In this document: positions 32,001 to 42,190 of the stretch, one piece after another
Position numbering within the stretch: the first letter of the stretch is position 1
Layout of the letters: each line of letters begins with the position of its first letter
Assembly: GCA_963764725.1 (NCBI GenBank)
Contig: CAVXTM010000016.1
Span: 32,001 to 96,000 of the forward strand
Reading direction: 5' to 3'
DNA length: 64,000 bases
From: an uncultured Gammaproteobacteria bacterium
GTDB taxonomy: Bacteria; Pseudomonadota; Gammaproteobacteria; JACCXJ01
The notes under the pieces: model-generated
Database searches by the model: none
Told to the model about the DNA's origin: nothing
What the model saw: only the letters and a program-made list of their open reading frames with translations
Made by a program: the position numbers and the translations under genes

Positions 32001-32774
32001 ATCAAACTTACGCGCCAGGGCTTCGGCTAGCGCTGGCGCTAACCGGCCGCGGTTGTTGTGGATGAGAGATACCGCGTCGATTAGTTCGCTCTGGGCAGCA
32101 TTGCTCCCTGCAATCTTCGCTTGCTCAAACAGTTGCTCCTCGGCCTTCAGCAAGCACTCGGTGTATATCTTAAGCGCGGGATCTGCAACGAGTGTCTTCA
32201 GCTCTTGGATGATCAGTTGCACTTGAGTGCATTCATGTAGAGCTTGTGCCTTTCCAACGCCAGGCAGCGCAACGGCCTTATCTCGGCCGGACGTTTCAAT
32301 AGCCCTCTTCTCGGCGATTCTTTCGAGCGACGCTAGAGCTTCCTTATGACTTCCAATAACGGCGATTCCGAGGCTGTCACCTACTTTCCAGGCTACGCAT
32401 GCAGCCAATTCGTAGGTGAGGCTGGTATCATCCAGTGCCGCACTGAAACGCACACTTATCGGATCTTGGGGGTGTAATTCACATGCTTGGTGTGACGGTG
32501 CACGGACATGATCGACCGCCAGCAGCATCCCCTGGGTACAAAAATCTCGGATCGTGCACGGGTGCGAGTCGCGATTCGGGCCTATCATCGTTGCGGGCAA
32601 ATCGATTGCTACCCGTGACACACGGCGCCGTTCGCTGCCGGGCAGTTGACCGATTTTTCTAAAGGCAGACGCCTGGCTGACCATGACGGGTCGGGAGGTG
32701 CAATCCGCATACCGTTCTCGCATTTCGTGCCGCAATTCGCGCGTGCCGCGAACCTTATGCGCAAAAACAAGCAA
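29079..32774 (-). CDS. PilZ + DUF1631-like + degenerate GGDEF/EAL protein
   Basis: ERRRVSR...DFCTQG (PilZ), HDRTTGLENR, GGDEF replaced by DRTSL, EAL-like tail with CFEATE and ACFG. Start uncertain. Confidence 0.8.
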   Translation of the reverse strand: MLVFAHKVRGTRELRHEMRERYADCTSRPVMVSQASAFRKIGQLPGSERRRVSRVAIDLPATMIGPNRDSHPCTIRDFCTQGMLLAVDHVRAPSHQACELHPQDPISVRFSAALDDTSLTYELAACVAWKVGDSLGIAVIGSHKEALASLERIAEKRAIETSGRDKAVALPGVGKAQALHECTQVQLIIQELKTLVADPALKIYTECLLKAEEQLFEQAKIAGSNAAQSELIDAVSLIHNNRGRLAPALAEALARKFDSLDWSQSSAFPTKAVTPLRNANELVLVKQDEFEDFLSLSEAVVRVELRFKDDLFRLQRRFSFVSRSEIDRTTNPIGPVVLCNLIADALHNLDFTTRQCQAAYPAVSASLLANLGGFYHSVNECLKKLNVLPNLDGTPTAHKSVQRESPVAPETVARGGVHDAYVTQSDRGGAAGRRMQSAVTPLVGEGTRASPNPSPCNPVGKLLQLRQWIGQDAVGTYPPGGQDPGCQAQGHGGSPALAGSEPYYNASDLIAALPAVERELTLSAAEAGQSPTVKAGLVAALESRIEAGADRRSIHPDDEYVLDVVSRLTTWIGGDVAATNGTPTWLQRLAVPLHKLALSEPEFLSDPSHPVYRFVNELARLQHALPRSGDHQQRLSEVIEHLAARIDGGDNDSTAPIREALADIQALEAQRIGDYENNVTQVIEDCNKQQAFLQSRVVQGMAAKRTELKTDGRPDFPKEWLIWLEHAKQFRVGQAFQFRGRHGSSERRYLAWIAENHNLYVFADKEGNKAASLTLHELAMQLRRGAIKLADSTEVTAIDQALRAATYSVFHDIHQAACHDRTTGLENRQAFIHRLSAAMARSEGVTGLLGHVQLKEANERIDPQRFDGILKQSTTLLQQSLPAPATLARLDRTSLAWVLPAGDPTQGEAIVHAQHEALSNMPIKRTSALSKLRVHIGVVAFGPQGGTAQEHLDRARSLAEQVDAPGGYKLDLSGCGGTSSRCEEGIDWETHLDHALSNESIIPYAQRVTALQPAENLAPLYRIVPRFLCAEEVIAVPLECETPHLSPKVRILEHLLLRESIQWMGAHRNHAAQTGAYVFRLSSDSLNDAGLIEYVLNLLTEHPVPPGKVCFEATEDTVLANAEPAHHFIRTVHEFGCRFSLACFGQNTAKHALLDDLPVDFVAISGTFVSDMTHNLKAHAVVQSAHELGRLFGAKTVAENAEGEEALTALRKIGVDYAVELTTTALHLSER

Positions 32775-33075
32775 GGATACATCGCCAACTACAGAAGAAT
32801 AAAAGCAAATTTCCTAGTGGGAACCGGTCCCAACGGCGCACAGATGAAAAACCGCATGTGGCCGAATGGGTCGAGCGCCAAAATTCCGCGCGCGGCCGAC
32901 TCATGGTTGGCTAGGGCCGGGACTACCAAATAAGCATAGAGCTGGTAGAGGAGCCGGTCGCCCGCGCTCCCCCCCAAGAACCCGCCGTGCCCGATTAAGG
33001 CAACGGGTTCATGATTGGTCTTGACCCGCTTTAGTGGACAGATAGTTGTCTAGAACCTATCTCAAATTTGCCTAA

Positions 33076-34212
33076 GGAACCTCTGCAAAAGTCCACGATC
33101 TGATCGGTAAGCGCACCGAATACAATCGAGGACGATAATGAGCAAGCAGATGACGCTGGGCACGGGTTTCGAGAAGTACAGCAAGACCACCCGTCGGGAG
33201 GAGTTTCTGACGGAGATGGATCGCATCGTGCCGTGGGGAGATCTGTGCGCACTGATAGCGCCGATGTATCCGAAGGCCGGTGACGGTCGCCCGCCGAAAG
33301 AGCTGGAGATGATGCTGCGGGTGTACTTTCTGCAGCAGTGGTTCAATCTCTCGGACCCGGGCGTGGAAGAAGCTCTCTACGACTCGGTGTCGATGCGCCG
33401 GTTTGCGGGCATCGACCTGGGCGAGATGCCTGTGCCGGATGAATCCACGGTGCTGCGCTTCCGCCATTTGCTCGAGGCGCATGGCCTGGGCGAGAAGCTC
33501 TTCCAACAGGTGCATACCCACTTGGAGCGCCAGGGTATCAAAGTGGGCACCGGCATGATTGTCGATGCCACGATTATCAGCGCCCCGCCCTCGACCAAGA
33601 ACAAAGACAAGTGCCGTGACCCGGACATGCATCCGACCAAGAAAGGCAATCAGTGGTATTTCGGGATGAAGCGCACATCGGTGTGGACAGTCAAACCAAG
33701 CTCATCCACGCGGTGGTCGCCACCCCGGCCCATGTGCACGACTCGGTGTGTCTGCCCGATCTCTTGCACGGGGAGGAGACATGCGTCTGGGGCGACTCGG
33801 CCTATCAGGGGCAGAGTGAGGTCATACGCAAGCACGCACCGAAGGCCACCGATTTCACCCATCGACGTTACCGTTATCCAACGGGCGAAGAACAAAACCA
33901 AGTCCAGCGTGCGCGCCAAGGTCGAGCACCCGTTTCTCATCATTAAGCGTATCTTCGGCTTCGTGAAGACGCGCTATAAGGGCCTGGAGAAGAACGCGCA
34001 TCGGCTGTTTATCACCTGTGCGCTCGCGAACCTCTACATGCTGCGCCGGCAGCTGTGGCGACTGGCGGGGGCGTAGTGTGCCTGCACTACGCCAAACGGG
34101 GCGAAAACGGCCCCTTGAACAATGACAAACAGACCTCACGACCGCGCTTCCGTCTGAAATCGATTCGTAGGCCCGCTGCCCGAGCATTTTTGGTTACTTG
34201 TTCAGAGGTTCC
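33076..34212 (+). mobile_element. IS5-family element (IS5 subgroup), 1137 bp
   Basis: Inverted repeats GGAACCTCTG...CAGAGGTTCC; CTAA duplication at 33072-33075 and 34213-34216. Confidence 0.93.
33138..34076 (+). pseudogene. IS5 transposase with compensating frameshifts
   Basis: VDATII and RAKVEHPF are in one frame. The AHIGVD...WGDSAY block is in another frame (about 33670-33870). Confidence 0.85.
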
Positions 34213-35128
34213 CTAAGCAGGATTGCTATTGTTGCAAGCTGAACAAAGCCTAAGAAATCTCGGCATAATATTCCGATCGAACGAGGAGACGCCTTAGCCA
34301 CTGAATCCAGGCGAAGAACCGCTCAACGAGCAGCGCCGCTCATAGCGTTGCAAACGGCGGGTTTGCGTTTCTTGCGATTCGAGCGGTGCGGCGCAATACA
34401 TGCCGTGCTCTCCAACCCCGAGAGACCACCCGCCCTCTGCCCATTGCTGATGACGGGGCTATCACTTCAGCCCGAAGGCTTACGGCCTGCAGCATTCCTG
34501 TCGGTGTCCTATAACTTGCCAAACCGCATTGCCGTCCCGGCCCAGATTGCCATTCCGCTGCTTCCAGCTTGGCGTACAACCGCTCATAGGTCTACCAGTG
34601 CATACCCCTAGACTTGTTTCGGCATATCAGGGCAATTCGGATCACCGCTCAATCCGGCGTAGATTTTCATTGCCCGATCATGCGCCGTTTCCCGCTAGCT
34701 CGGCCAGCCGGTAGCAATGCCGGCAGGCGAAGTTTCACCCGCCCATATAGAGGATCGCCACGCACCGCCCTCACATGCAAGTAGGTATGTCCCTTGCCCC
34801 AAGGAAGCAGGAACGGTCAAGCGCCCCTCCGTGGTGGAGTTACCACCCATAGAGGTATAAGCCAACTACCTTACTCAAGGAAAGTTAGACAATGCGAGTG
34901 TTAATCCCAGTTATCTACGTGCTTTCAACGGCCGCAGTTACGATTATTTGTTCAGGTCATAGTATTTTGAGGAACGGAATTTGTCCCTAAGTCGTGCACC
35001 GTAGAGGCACTCTGAATTCCTGTTGATTATTGAAAGACGATGTTGCCTCTTGCGGGATCGCGAGAACACAAAAAAGCCTGCTTTCACAAGGGCTTGTGGA
35101 TTTCATTGGATTCCGTACGATGCATAAA

Positions 35129-35204
<76 letters not shown>

Positions 35205-35317
35205 AAAAGGAGGTTGAAATTGTAACTGGCTTAGAAGAACATCGCTATACGCGAGGCGAAAATTGTGACGTCGGAAACCCTCACGTCCTCAACGCCATAC
35301 GGCGGACAGAGTTTTGT

Positions 35318-35992
35318 ATGCAGATATCTTTCATCATCCCAACTCTGAACGAAGAAACGATCGTCGGCGCTACGCTGCAAGCCTTACAATCGCCTCGAGA
35401 GCGCGGACACGAGGTGATTATCGCCGACGGGGGTAGCGAGGACAGAACGCTGGTTGCGTGTGCGGGGTTAGTAAATCACGTTGTCCCCGGCGAGCCTGGG
35501 CGGGCACGGCAGATGAATGCGGGCGCCGCGGTAGCCCATGGCGATGTCCTGCTATTCTTGCATGCCGATACACAGTTACCTGCCGACGCCGACTTGCGCG
35601 TTCTAGCGGTGCTAGCGTCCTCGGGATGCCTCTGGGGTAGATTCGATATACGGCTTGCGGGCAAGAACCCAGTCTACCGCCTGATCGAGTTTATGATAAA
35701 CCTGCGTTCGCGCGTTTCCGGTATCGCAACCGGTGATCAAGCGATCTTTGTTCGACGTACTATCTTCCAAACGCTCGGGGGTTATCCCGACATACCGCTG
35801 ATGGAGGATATAGAGATTTGCCGCACTCTCAAGCGCTTTGCCCGTCCCTATTGCTTGCGTGTCCGAGCGGTCACCTCGTGTCGGCGCTGGGAACAGCGTG
35901 GGATCTTGCGCACGATGATACTGATGTGGTGGCTGAGGCTCGCCTACGCACTGGGGGTAAGCGCCGGGTGGCTCGCCAGGTATTATGACTAG
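35318..35992 (+). CDS. GT2 glycosyltransferase, TIGR04283 type
   Basis: ISFIIPTLNEE, DGGSED, GRARQMNAGA, LFLHAD, GDQ, PLMED, TS.RRW. Confidence 0.9.
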   Translation: MQISFIIPTLNEETIVGATLQALQSPRERGHEVIIADGGSEDRTLVACAGLVNHVVPGEPGRARQMNAGAAVAHGDVLLFLHADTQLPADADLRVLAVLASSGCLWGRFDIRLAGKNPVYRLIEFMINLRSRVSGIATGDQAIFVRRTIFQTLGGYPDIPLMEDIEICRTLKRFARPYCLRVRAVTSCRRWEQRGILRTMILMWWLRLAYALGVSAGWLARYYD

Positions 35993-36629
35993 CGTAAAAG
36001 GCGTCCTGCAGGTTTTTGCCAAGGCACCAATTCCAGGACAGGTCAAGACGCGTTTAATCTCCGCGTTAGGCGTAAACCGCGCAACCGATCTGTATATGCG
36101 TTTAGTACATCACACGTTGATCACGGCAAAACGCTCATCGTTCGAACGCGTCGAATTGTGGTGTTCCCCGACCGCCACCCATGATTTTTTCTTGCGCTGT
36201 TCGGCAACTTACGGAATTTCTCTGCGAACCCAAAAGGGGCATGATCTCGGCGCTCGCATGGCGGATGCGCTAAGGGACGGGCTTACCAGCCACGATTTCG
36301 CGGTGTTGATAGGATGCGATTGCCCCGCATTAACCTCGGTGGATCTCGATCGGTCCGCCCGGCTCCTATCCGAAGGCTATGACGCCGCGTTGGGTCCCGC
36401 GCAGGATGGCGGCTACATTCTAATAGGGATAAGGAAATTCTCACCGTTCTTGTTCAATGATATTCCGTGGGGGACCGACAGCGTGCTAGGGTTGACGAGA
36501 ACGAAGTTATCCGCGCTCAGGTGGCGCTGGCACGAGCTGCCTCAACGATGGGATGTCGATCGCCCGGATGATCTGTTTAAGCTCTCCGGCGGGCCCACGC
36601 GTTCGGTTTCTAAAGCGCGACACTCGTGA
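35985..36629 (+). CDS. TIGR04282/DUF2064 transferase
   Basis: FAKAPIPGQVKTRL, DLGARM, IG.DCP, LGPA.DGGY.LIG, IPWGT, DVD.PDD. Confidence 0.9.
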   Translation: MTSVKGVLQVFAKAPIPGQVKTRLISALGVNRATDLYMRLVHHTLITAKRSSFERVELWCSPTATHDFFLRCSATYGISLRTQKGHDLGARMADALRDGLTSHDFAVLIGCDCPALTSVDLDRSARLLSEGYDAALGPAQDGGYILIGIRKFSPFLFNDIPWGTDSVLGLTRTKLSALRWRWHELPQRWDVDRPDDLFKLSGGPTRSVSKARHS

Positions 36630-36635
36630 CGAACA

Positions 36636-37091
36636 TTAGGCGGCATAGGATTTCCCCGGATAATCGCTCGTGCCGGTTCGCTTGCAAGGGGGATCCAGCG
36701 CTTCATAGTAGTTGCGTAGCAGCACCGCAACCCGGTCAAGAAGTTCTCCAGCGTCGCTGACCGGAACGTACCGGGTCGTAATGCCACCACGTGATTTCGA
36801 TAAACTACCGAACAGCTCCGATTCGACGCGATAGAGATTTGCCGCGACGCGATTCGACGCAAGGTTGTAATCACCGTCATGGATCGCCTGACGAAGCGTA
36901 GCTATCCGGTCATGATCAACCGGGGGTGATATATTACCGTCGCCGTAATGCACGGTCCTCTTCATCCGATCGGCTCTGGCGAGCTGCCGAAGCGTAGCGT
37001 TCTCCTGTACGGCGTTGCCCTTATGGCGGCAGACATGCGTATGCTGCCCGCTAGGTTCGCCTATCCTTGGCAAACGGGAAAGTTTCGTCAT
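36636..37091 (-). CDS. flgM: FlgM-like anti-sigma-28 factor with a C-terminal extension (possibly eroded)
   Basis: PPVDHDRIATLRQAIHDGDYNLASNRVAANL resembles the FlgM C-terminal motif. Confidence 0.6.
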   Translation of the reverse strand: MTKLSRLPRIGEPSGQHTHVCRHKGNAVQENATLRQLARADRMKRTVHYGDGNISPPVDHDRIATLRQAIHDGDYNLASNRVAANLYRVESELFGSLSKSRGGITTRYVPVSDAGELLDRVAVLLRNYYEALDPPCKRTGTSDYPGKSYAA

Positions 37092-37184
37092 CGCTTACGG
37101 TTCATGGAATCTGTTTTCGTGTAACGGCGATGGAAGATTAATCTTTAAGTAGCTTAAATAATATAAGAATATAAGAGGACCGGC

Positions 37185-37460
37185 ATGATTGAGCTCTTGG
37201 ATGCCGTCGACGATAACGACCATGTGATCAGGTGCATGAGCCGGGAGGATATCCACAAATTTTCCCTTAGGCACCGAGCCTCCATGTATTGGTTTTTGAT
37301 TCAAAACAACGTCTTTTCTTACAAAAACGGTCCGTGACAAAAGACTGCTCGCCTGGATTATGGGATTCCTCGGCGGCCGGCCATCTGTGCAGCGGCGAGA
37401 CCCTATGAGACCTATGAGAGATGTGCTCATCGAGAATTATCCGAAGAGCTCGGTCCTTTA
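37185..37460 (+). pseudogene. Frameshifted Nudix hydrolase (YfcD/IPP-isomerase-like)
   Basis: AGAGGA RBS; MIELLDAVDDND...LRHRA / HVLVFDSKQRLFLQKRS..KD..PGLWDSSAAGH / ETYERCAHRELSEELG (Nudix box). Confidence 0.8.
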
Positions 37461-37556
37461 CATATGGTGGCAACTATCATTTAGCGTTGGGTGTGGCTGA
37501 GGACGGCAACTACTGGGTCTTTTATTATTAGACAACATTTTGTTAATCAGTGTGTT

Positions 37557-39401
37557 ATGGAGTATATATCAGGTCATGTCGACAGAAAAGCGTCTACCGA
37601 GACGTTAACGACACGCTGCGGCGTTTACCGGATGCTCGACCATGCGGGCAAGGTGATTTACGTTGGAAAGGCGAGGAATCTCAAAAGGCGCATCAGCAAT
37701 CACTTCACTTCGCAAAGCCGCATGGGTCCTAAGGCACGTGCGATGCTCGGCCAAGTTTGCGCCATTGAAGTCACTGTCACCCACACGGAGAACGAGGCGC
37801 TTATCCTTGAGAGCAATCTCATCAAAAAACTTAATCCACGCTATAACATAGTGTTACGCGATGATAAGAGCTACCCGTATATTTACCTGTCGACCGACCA
37901 AGAATATCCCCGTTTAGCGTTCCATCGAGGAGCTCGCGCCGGCGCGGGTCAATACTTTGGACCGTTCCCAAGCGCCAGCTCAGTGCGCGCTAGCATCAAT
38001 CTTCTGCAGAAGTTATTTTTGATCCGGCCATGCGAGGACAGTTTTTTCCGGAATCGAACCCGACCATGTCTTCAATACCAAATCAAGCGTTGCAGTGCGC
38101 CTTGCGTCGGCTTTGTCTCAACCGCGGCATATCGCGAAGACGTAGATCATGCCGTCTTGTTCTTACAGGGTAAAAGCGAGCAGGTGATTGATACTCTAAT
38201 CGAGCGTATGGAGGTCGTTTCGGTGGCCTTGGCTTTCGAGCGAGCCGCGCGCATCCGTGATCAAATCAATCAACTAAAACAGGTGCAACAACGCCAGTGC
38301 ATCACGAGCGGCAGTGATGACGTCGACTTTGTGGCCGGCGCGACTCGGGACGGGAATGCATGCGTGCAGGTGCTCTTTGTGCGCTCAGGGCATATTTTGG
38401 GTCATAAGGCCTATCACCTCACGTATAGAGGCGACGCCGGGCCCGTTGAGATACTCGCCGCTTTTCTACCACAATATTATCTTACCGACCGGCCAGACCG
38501 GGTGATTCCACCGGAGATCGTGGTCAACGGAAATCTTCCGGAGATCGCATGGATGACACGTGCCTTGTCGCAACTTGCAGGGAAAAGGGTAGCGATACGC
38601 CACAGCGTGCGTGGTGAGCGCGCACGCTGTCTCACCATGACGGTACAAAACGCAGAACTTGCGCTCGTACAGCGCATCGCTAACCAAGTCCGCAGGCTCG
38701 ATCGCCTAGCTGCCGTTCAGCAAGCTTTAGCCATCGAGGCACCGATTCAGCGTGTGGAGTGCTTCGATGTCAGTCATACGCGCGGAGAAGCGCCGCTCGC
38801 TTCTTGTGTAGTTTTCGATGCGGAAGGACCCGTGAAAACCGGCTACCGCCGTTTCAGTATCTTGGGCGTAACGCCGGGGGATGACTACGCCGCACTCGCG
38901 CAAGCGTTGCAGCGCCATTACCTTCGAGGACTGCGCGAGGCCCGCCCGCTTCCCGATGTGCTTTTGATCGATGGCGGTGAAGGGCAACTGTCACTGGCGC
39001 GGGAAGTGCTCGAATCCCTTGACATCAAGGGGCCCCTGATTATCGCGGTGGCCAAGGGACCCTCGCGCCGGCCAGGGCTCGAAACGTTGATCGTCGGCGC
39101 CGAGCGGAAGGTCTTAAGCCTTCCGAAGGACTCATTGGCGCTGCACTTCATACAACAGATCCGAGACGAGGCGCACCGTTTCGCGGTCGCCGGACATCGT
39201 CTGCAGCGCGCCAAGGTTCGAAACGTGTCGCCGCTCGAAGCGGTTGAAGGCATCGGTCCGAAACGCCGCCGTGATTTGATGCAACACTTCGGAGGTTTTC
39301 AAGGGGTCGAACGAGCGGGAATAGACGACCTCAGTACGGTTAAAGGCATCAGTAGACAGCTCGCCGCCAAGATCTACCGTCATCTCCACGAAACCGCATG
39401 A
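37557..39401 (+). CDS. uvrC: Excinuclease ABC subunit C
   Basis: GVYRM, IYVGKARNL, RDDKSYPY, ECFDVSH, IDGG.GQ, RDEAHRFA, HhH GIGPKRR. Confidence 0.97.
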   Translation: MEYISGHVDRKASTETLTTRCGVYRMLDHAGKVIYVGKARNLKRRISNHFTSQSRMGPKARAMLGQVCAIEVTVTHTENEALILESNLIKKLNPRYNIVLRDDKSYPYIYLSTDQEYPRLAFHRGARAGAGQYFGPFPSASSVRASINLLQKLFLIRPCEDSFFRNRTRPCLQYQIKRCSAPCVGFVSTAAYREDVDHAVLFLQGKSEQVIDTLIERMEVVSVALAFERAARIRDQINQLKQVQQRQCITSGSDDVDFVAGATRDGNACVQVLFVRSGHILGHKAYHLTYRGDAGPVEILAAFLPQYYLTDRPDRVIPPEIVVNGNLPEIAWMTRALSQLAGKRVAIRHSVRGERARCLTMTVQNAELALVQRIANQVRRLDRLAAVQQALAIEAPIQRVECFDVSHTRGEAPLASCVVFDAEGPVKTGYRRFSILGVTPGDDYAALAQALQRHYLRGLREARPLPDVLLIDGGEGQLSLAREVLESLDIKGPLIIAVAKGPSRRPGLETLIVGAERKVLSLPKDSLALHFIQQIRDEAHRFAVAGHRLQRAKVRNVSPLEAVEGIGPKRRRDLMQHFGGFQGVERAGIDDLSTVKGISRQLAAKIYRHLHETA

Positions 39402-39964
39402 ATATACCGAATACCCTCACGGTCATTCGGATCGGCCTGATCCCGGTTTTCGTGATCGTTTTTTACCTGCCGGTAAAATCCGCGAATATTGCTACGACGG
39501 TGATCTTTACGTTAGGCGCCCTGACCGACTGGCTCGATGGTTATCTTGCCCGCCGTTTGCAACAGACCTCCGTGTTAGGGGAGTTTTTAGATCCTGTGGC
39601 CGACAAACTTATGGTGGCCATCGTATTGGTGCTCCTGCTGCAACAAGACCCCTCGGTATGGCTGGCCTTGCCGGCCGCCGTCATCATCGGACGCGAAATC
39701 ACCGTCTCCGCGCTGCGCGAGTGGATGGCCGAGCTCGGAGCGCGCGCCAAAGTTGCCGTCTCCTCGCTCGGCAAGTTTAAAACGACGGCGCAAATGATCG
39801 CACTCATCATGCTCCTTTATCGAGATTCGATTGGCCCCGTGCCTACCTATGCCGTCGGATTCGCTCTGCTTTACGTTGCCGCGGTATTAACCCTGTGGTC
39901 GATGTGTCTTTATCTTTGGTTAGCATGGCCGGAGCTCAAGAAACGCCAATTCCGTGCCGATTAA
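39398..39964 (+). CDS. pgsA: CDP-diacylglycerol--glycerol-3-phosphate 3-phosphatidyltransferase
   Basis: NIPNTLT, DWLDGYLAR...G.FLDPVADK, REI.VSALRE, GK.KT..Q. Confidence 0.97.
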   Translation: MNIPNTLTVIRIGLIPVFVIVFYLPVKSANIATTVIFTLGALTDWLDGYLARRLQQTSVLGEFLDPVADKLMVAIVLVLLLQQDPSVWLALPAAVIIGREITVSALREWMAELGARAKVAVSSLGKFKTTAQMIALIMLLYRDSIGPVPTYAVGFALLYVAAVLTLWSMCLYLWLAWPELKKRQFRAD

Positions 39965-39980
39965 ACGACGTCCCCGCTCC

Positions 39981-40008
39981 TTGACACACGATGTTGCCGG
40001 ATTAGAAT
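39981..40008 (+). promoter_or_regulatory. Sigma-70 promoter of the tRNA operon
   Basis: TTGACA (39981-39986), 16 bp spacer, TAGAAT (40003-40008). Confidence 0.8.
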
Positions 40009-40018
40009 GGCGTCTAAC

Positions 40019-40094
<76 letters not shown>

Positions 40095-40104
40095 ATGACT
40101 CCAG

Positions 40105-40140
40105 ACAAAACCCCGACCGGTTCGGGGTTTTGTTATTTTT
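40105..40140 (+). terminator. Terminator-like hairpin between tRNA-Gly and tRNA-Cys
   Basis: ACAAAACCCCGA-ccggt-TCGGGGTTTTGT followed by T-rich sequence. Confidence 0.6.
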
Positions 40141-40173
40141 CCTTACCTTACGACTAACGACCACACGGTTTTC

Positions 40174-40247
40174 GGCTGGGTGGCAGAGTGGTTATGCAGC
40201 GGCCTGCAAAGCCGTGTACGCCGGTTCGATTCCGACCCCAGCCTCCA
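40174..40247 (+). tRNA. tRNA-Cys (GCA)
   Basis: GGCTGGGTGGCAGAGTGG...CT-GCA-AA...TTCGAT...CAGCCTCCA. Confidence 0.97.
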
Positions 40248-40275
40248 CTAAATCGCAAGCGCCTCACGTCATAAT

Positions 40276-40364
40276 GCCCGGGTGGCGGAACAGGTAGACG
40301 CAAGGGACTTAAAATCCCTCGGGAGCTAACTCCCGTGCCGGTTCGACTCCGGCCCCGGGCACCA
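40276..40364 (+). tRNA. tRNA-Leu (TAA)
   Basis: GCCCGGGTGGCGGAACAGGTAGACG...CT-TAA-AA, long variable arm, ...CCGGGCACCA. Confidence 0.97.
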
Positions 40365-40459
40365 TTTGAATATCAAGTAATTATAATTCTTTTCTCGCTT
40401 CAGCGTTAAGCATTGTTCTTTGGGGTCTGTGTAATTTATGCATGTCACGCAATTCGCTA

Positions 40460-41295
40460 GTCAGCCGGCCGGTAGCGGCGCTCAAGCTTATCCAGCGCCG
40501 CGCGTATATGATCACTGTTGTGATGGCTGTGGCGCGCTACCATTTGTACCGTCTTATGGCTGTACGGTCGGCAGATCCACCCCGGCTTGGACTAAGTGAG
40601 TGATCGCCGTATGGCGTAGCGTGTGCCGCACGACTTCCCTGGGGTCCAAACCCGCGCGCACTACGACGCGACGGAAGGGTTCTTCGATCCATTTCGTGTG
40701 ACCCTTCTTGGGGCGGAAGGGAAATAACCATTCCTGCCTGAACTGTGCTGTTTCGATATACCTTCTTAAGAACTCCGCAAGGTAAGCTGTCATTGGTTGT
40801 TCCCGCGCACCGGCCTTCGCTGGGGGAGATAGATGATCGCCGTTCAAGCTCGATATGCTCCAAGCGGATGGAGAGAATTTCCATTCGGCGCAGCGAAGTT
40901 TCGAGCGCAATGAGGATAAATGGGTATATCTGAAAGTTTTGGTCTGCCCTGGCCGCATCCAAAAGGAGCGCGATCTGTTCTGTAGGCAAGTAGGTAATGC
41001 GCCCTCGGTCCTCTTTAAGACGCTCGATTGAAGTGGGCCTGGCATCTATCCACTGCCATTCCACCCCCTTGGTGAAGAGGTGGGAAAGTGCGGCGAGCTC
41101 GCGGTTGATTGAGCAGGAGCAGCACCAGCTTCGAGGCGCTGCTTCTTATAGCGCTGGACGTCAAAGGTGCGGACCTTGGCGAGCGGCTTACGCCTAAAGA
41201 ACGGCAACAAGTGGTAAATGAAGCCGGTAGCGCTTTTTCTCGATATCTTTTCCACCGTCCTGGACGAGTTTATCAAAATAGACTCGGGCGGCTTG
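40460..41295 (-). pseudogene. Degraded tyrosine integrase at the tRNA-Leu island junction
   Basis: ALETSLRRMEILSI (box I), AKAG, HTLRHTAITHL.QAG.DL.TVQ (box II); several frameshifts; 5' end cut by an IS5 fragment. Confidence 0.85.
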
Positions 41296-41299
41296 AGCG

Positions 41300-41499
41300 A
41301 ACGCCCCCGTGTTCAAAATCCACAGGACGGCTTCGAGCACATAGCGCGTAGGAATCGGTTTGCGTCCCAGACGGCTTTCAGGACTATGTTCTTCCGGAAA
41401 ATGTTCCCGGATGCGTTCCCAGTGCTCATCGCTCAGACGTATCACACTTCCGATTATACACTATGTATATCATCAGGTACTATTTTGAGATAGGTTCTA
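41300..41499 (-). mobile_element. IS5-family (IS427-group-like) left-end fragment
   Basis: End TAGAACCTATCTCAAA on the minus strand; MIRLSDEHWERI...GRKP...R.VLEAVLWILNTGA. Confidence 0.8.
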
Positions 41500-42059
41500 A
41501 TCAATGCGATCGGCGATGGGCTTACACCGGCGACGAGCTTGCCCCAGACTCCTCTTGGTTTTTACACAACCTCGGCCAGGAGCCGCCACTCCAACAACAT
41601 CAGAGGCCAGTGTCTGCTATGCAGCGTTTTGCTTACCGTTGTATCCGGTGCGGTACACGATCAGCTTGGGAAGCCGATGATGGACTGCCTCTCCTATGGC
41701 ATTTTTCTGAGCCCGAAAAACGCGCGTGCGCGTGATGGGGTTCATAAACGATGGATTACTATATGACCCAAAACGAAGAGCTACGACTTCCAGGACGAAA
41801 AATTTAACGGATGACAGGCGAACGCTCCGCATTTCAGGTTTACCCGGCTCCTGTGACCCTGGCACCTCGAACCCGAGCTCGAAGGCTATCGGGATGAGGC
41901 CCGCAGTCGTGCCGAGCAGGAAGTAATCGAGGGGCCGGTAACAGTCCTACAGCCTGAAACGCTGCATACACAACTCCTTCACCTCGTCACCCCTACCTTA
42001 ACCGCTTAGATACCGCCGCTTTAGCTAGGGGGACGATGATAGGCGTCAAACTGAGCCCG

Positions 42060-42190
42060 GTATTCTTTGCTTTCGGCTCATCCATTCGCTTCTATTTATA
42101 CAGGGTCGGTTTGGAGATCCCCATCAATTGGCAGATCTCGTTGATGCCGTGTTCGCGTTGGTTGTACAGTTTGACAACTAGCCGCCGCGA
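42060..42190 (-). pseudogene. C-terminal HTH remnant of a serine resolvase
   Basis: RRLVVKLYNQREHGINEICQLMGISKPTLYK. Confidence 0.65.

Noticed and set aside
34217-35100. Island or gene downstream of tRNA-Ala
   Set aside because: No integrase, att repeat or credible ORF recognised.
42028-42066. Tn3-like inverted repeat next to the resolvase remnant
   Set aside because: Only the GGGG start fits, and I found no partner repeat or transposase.
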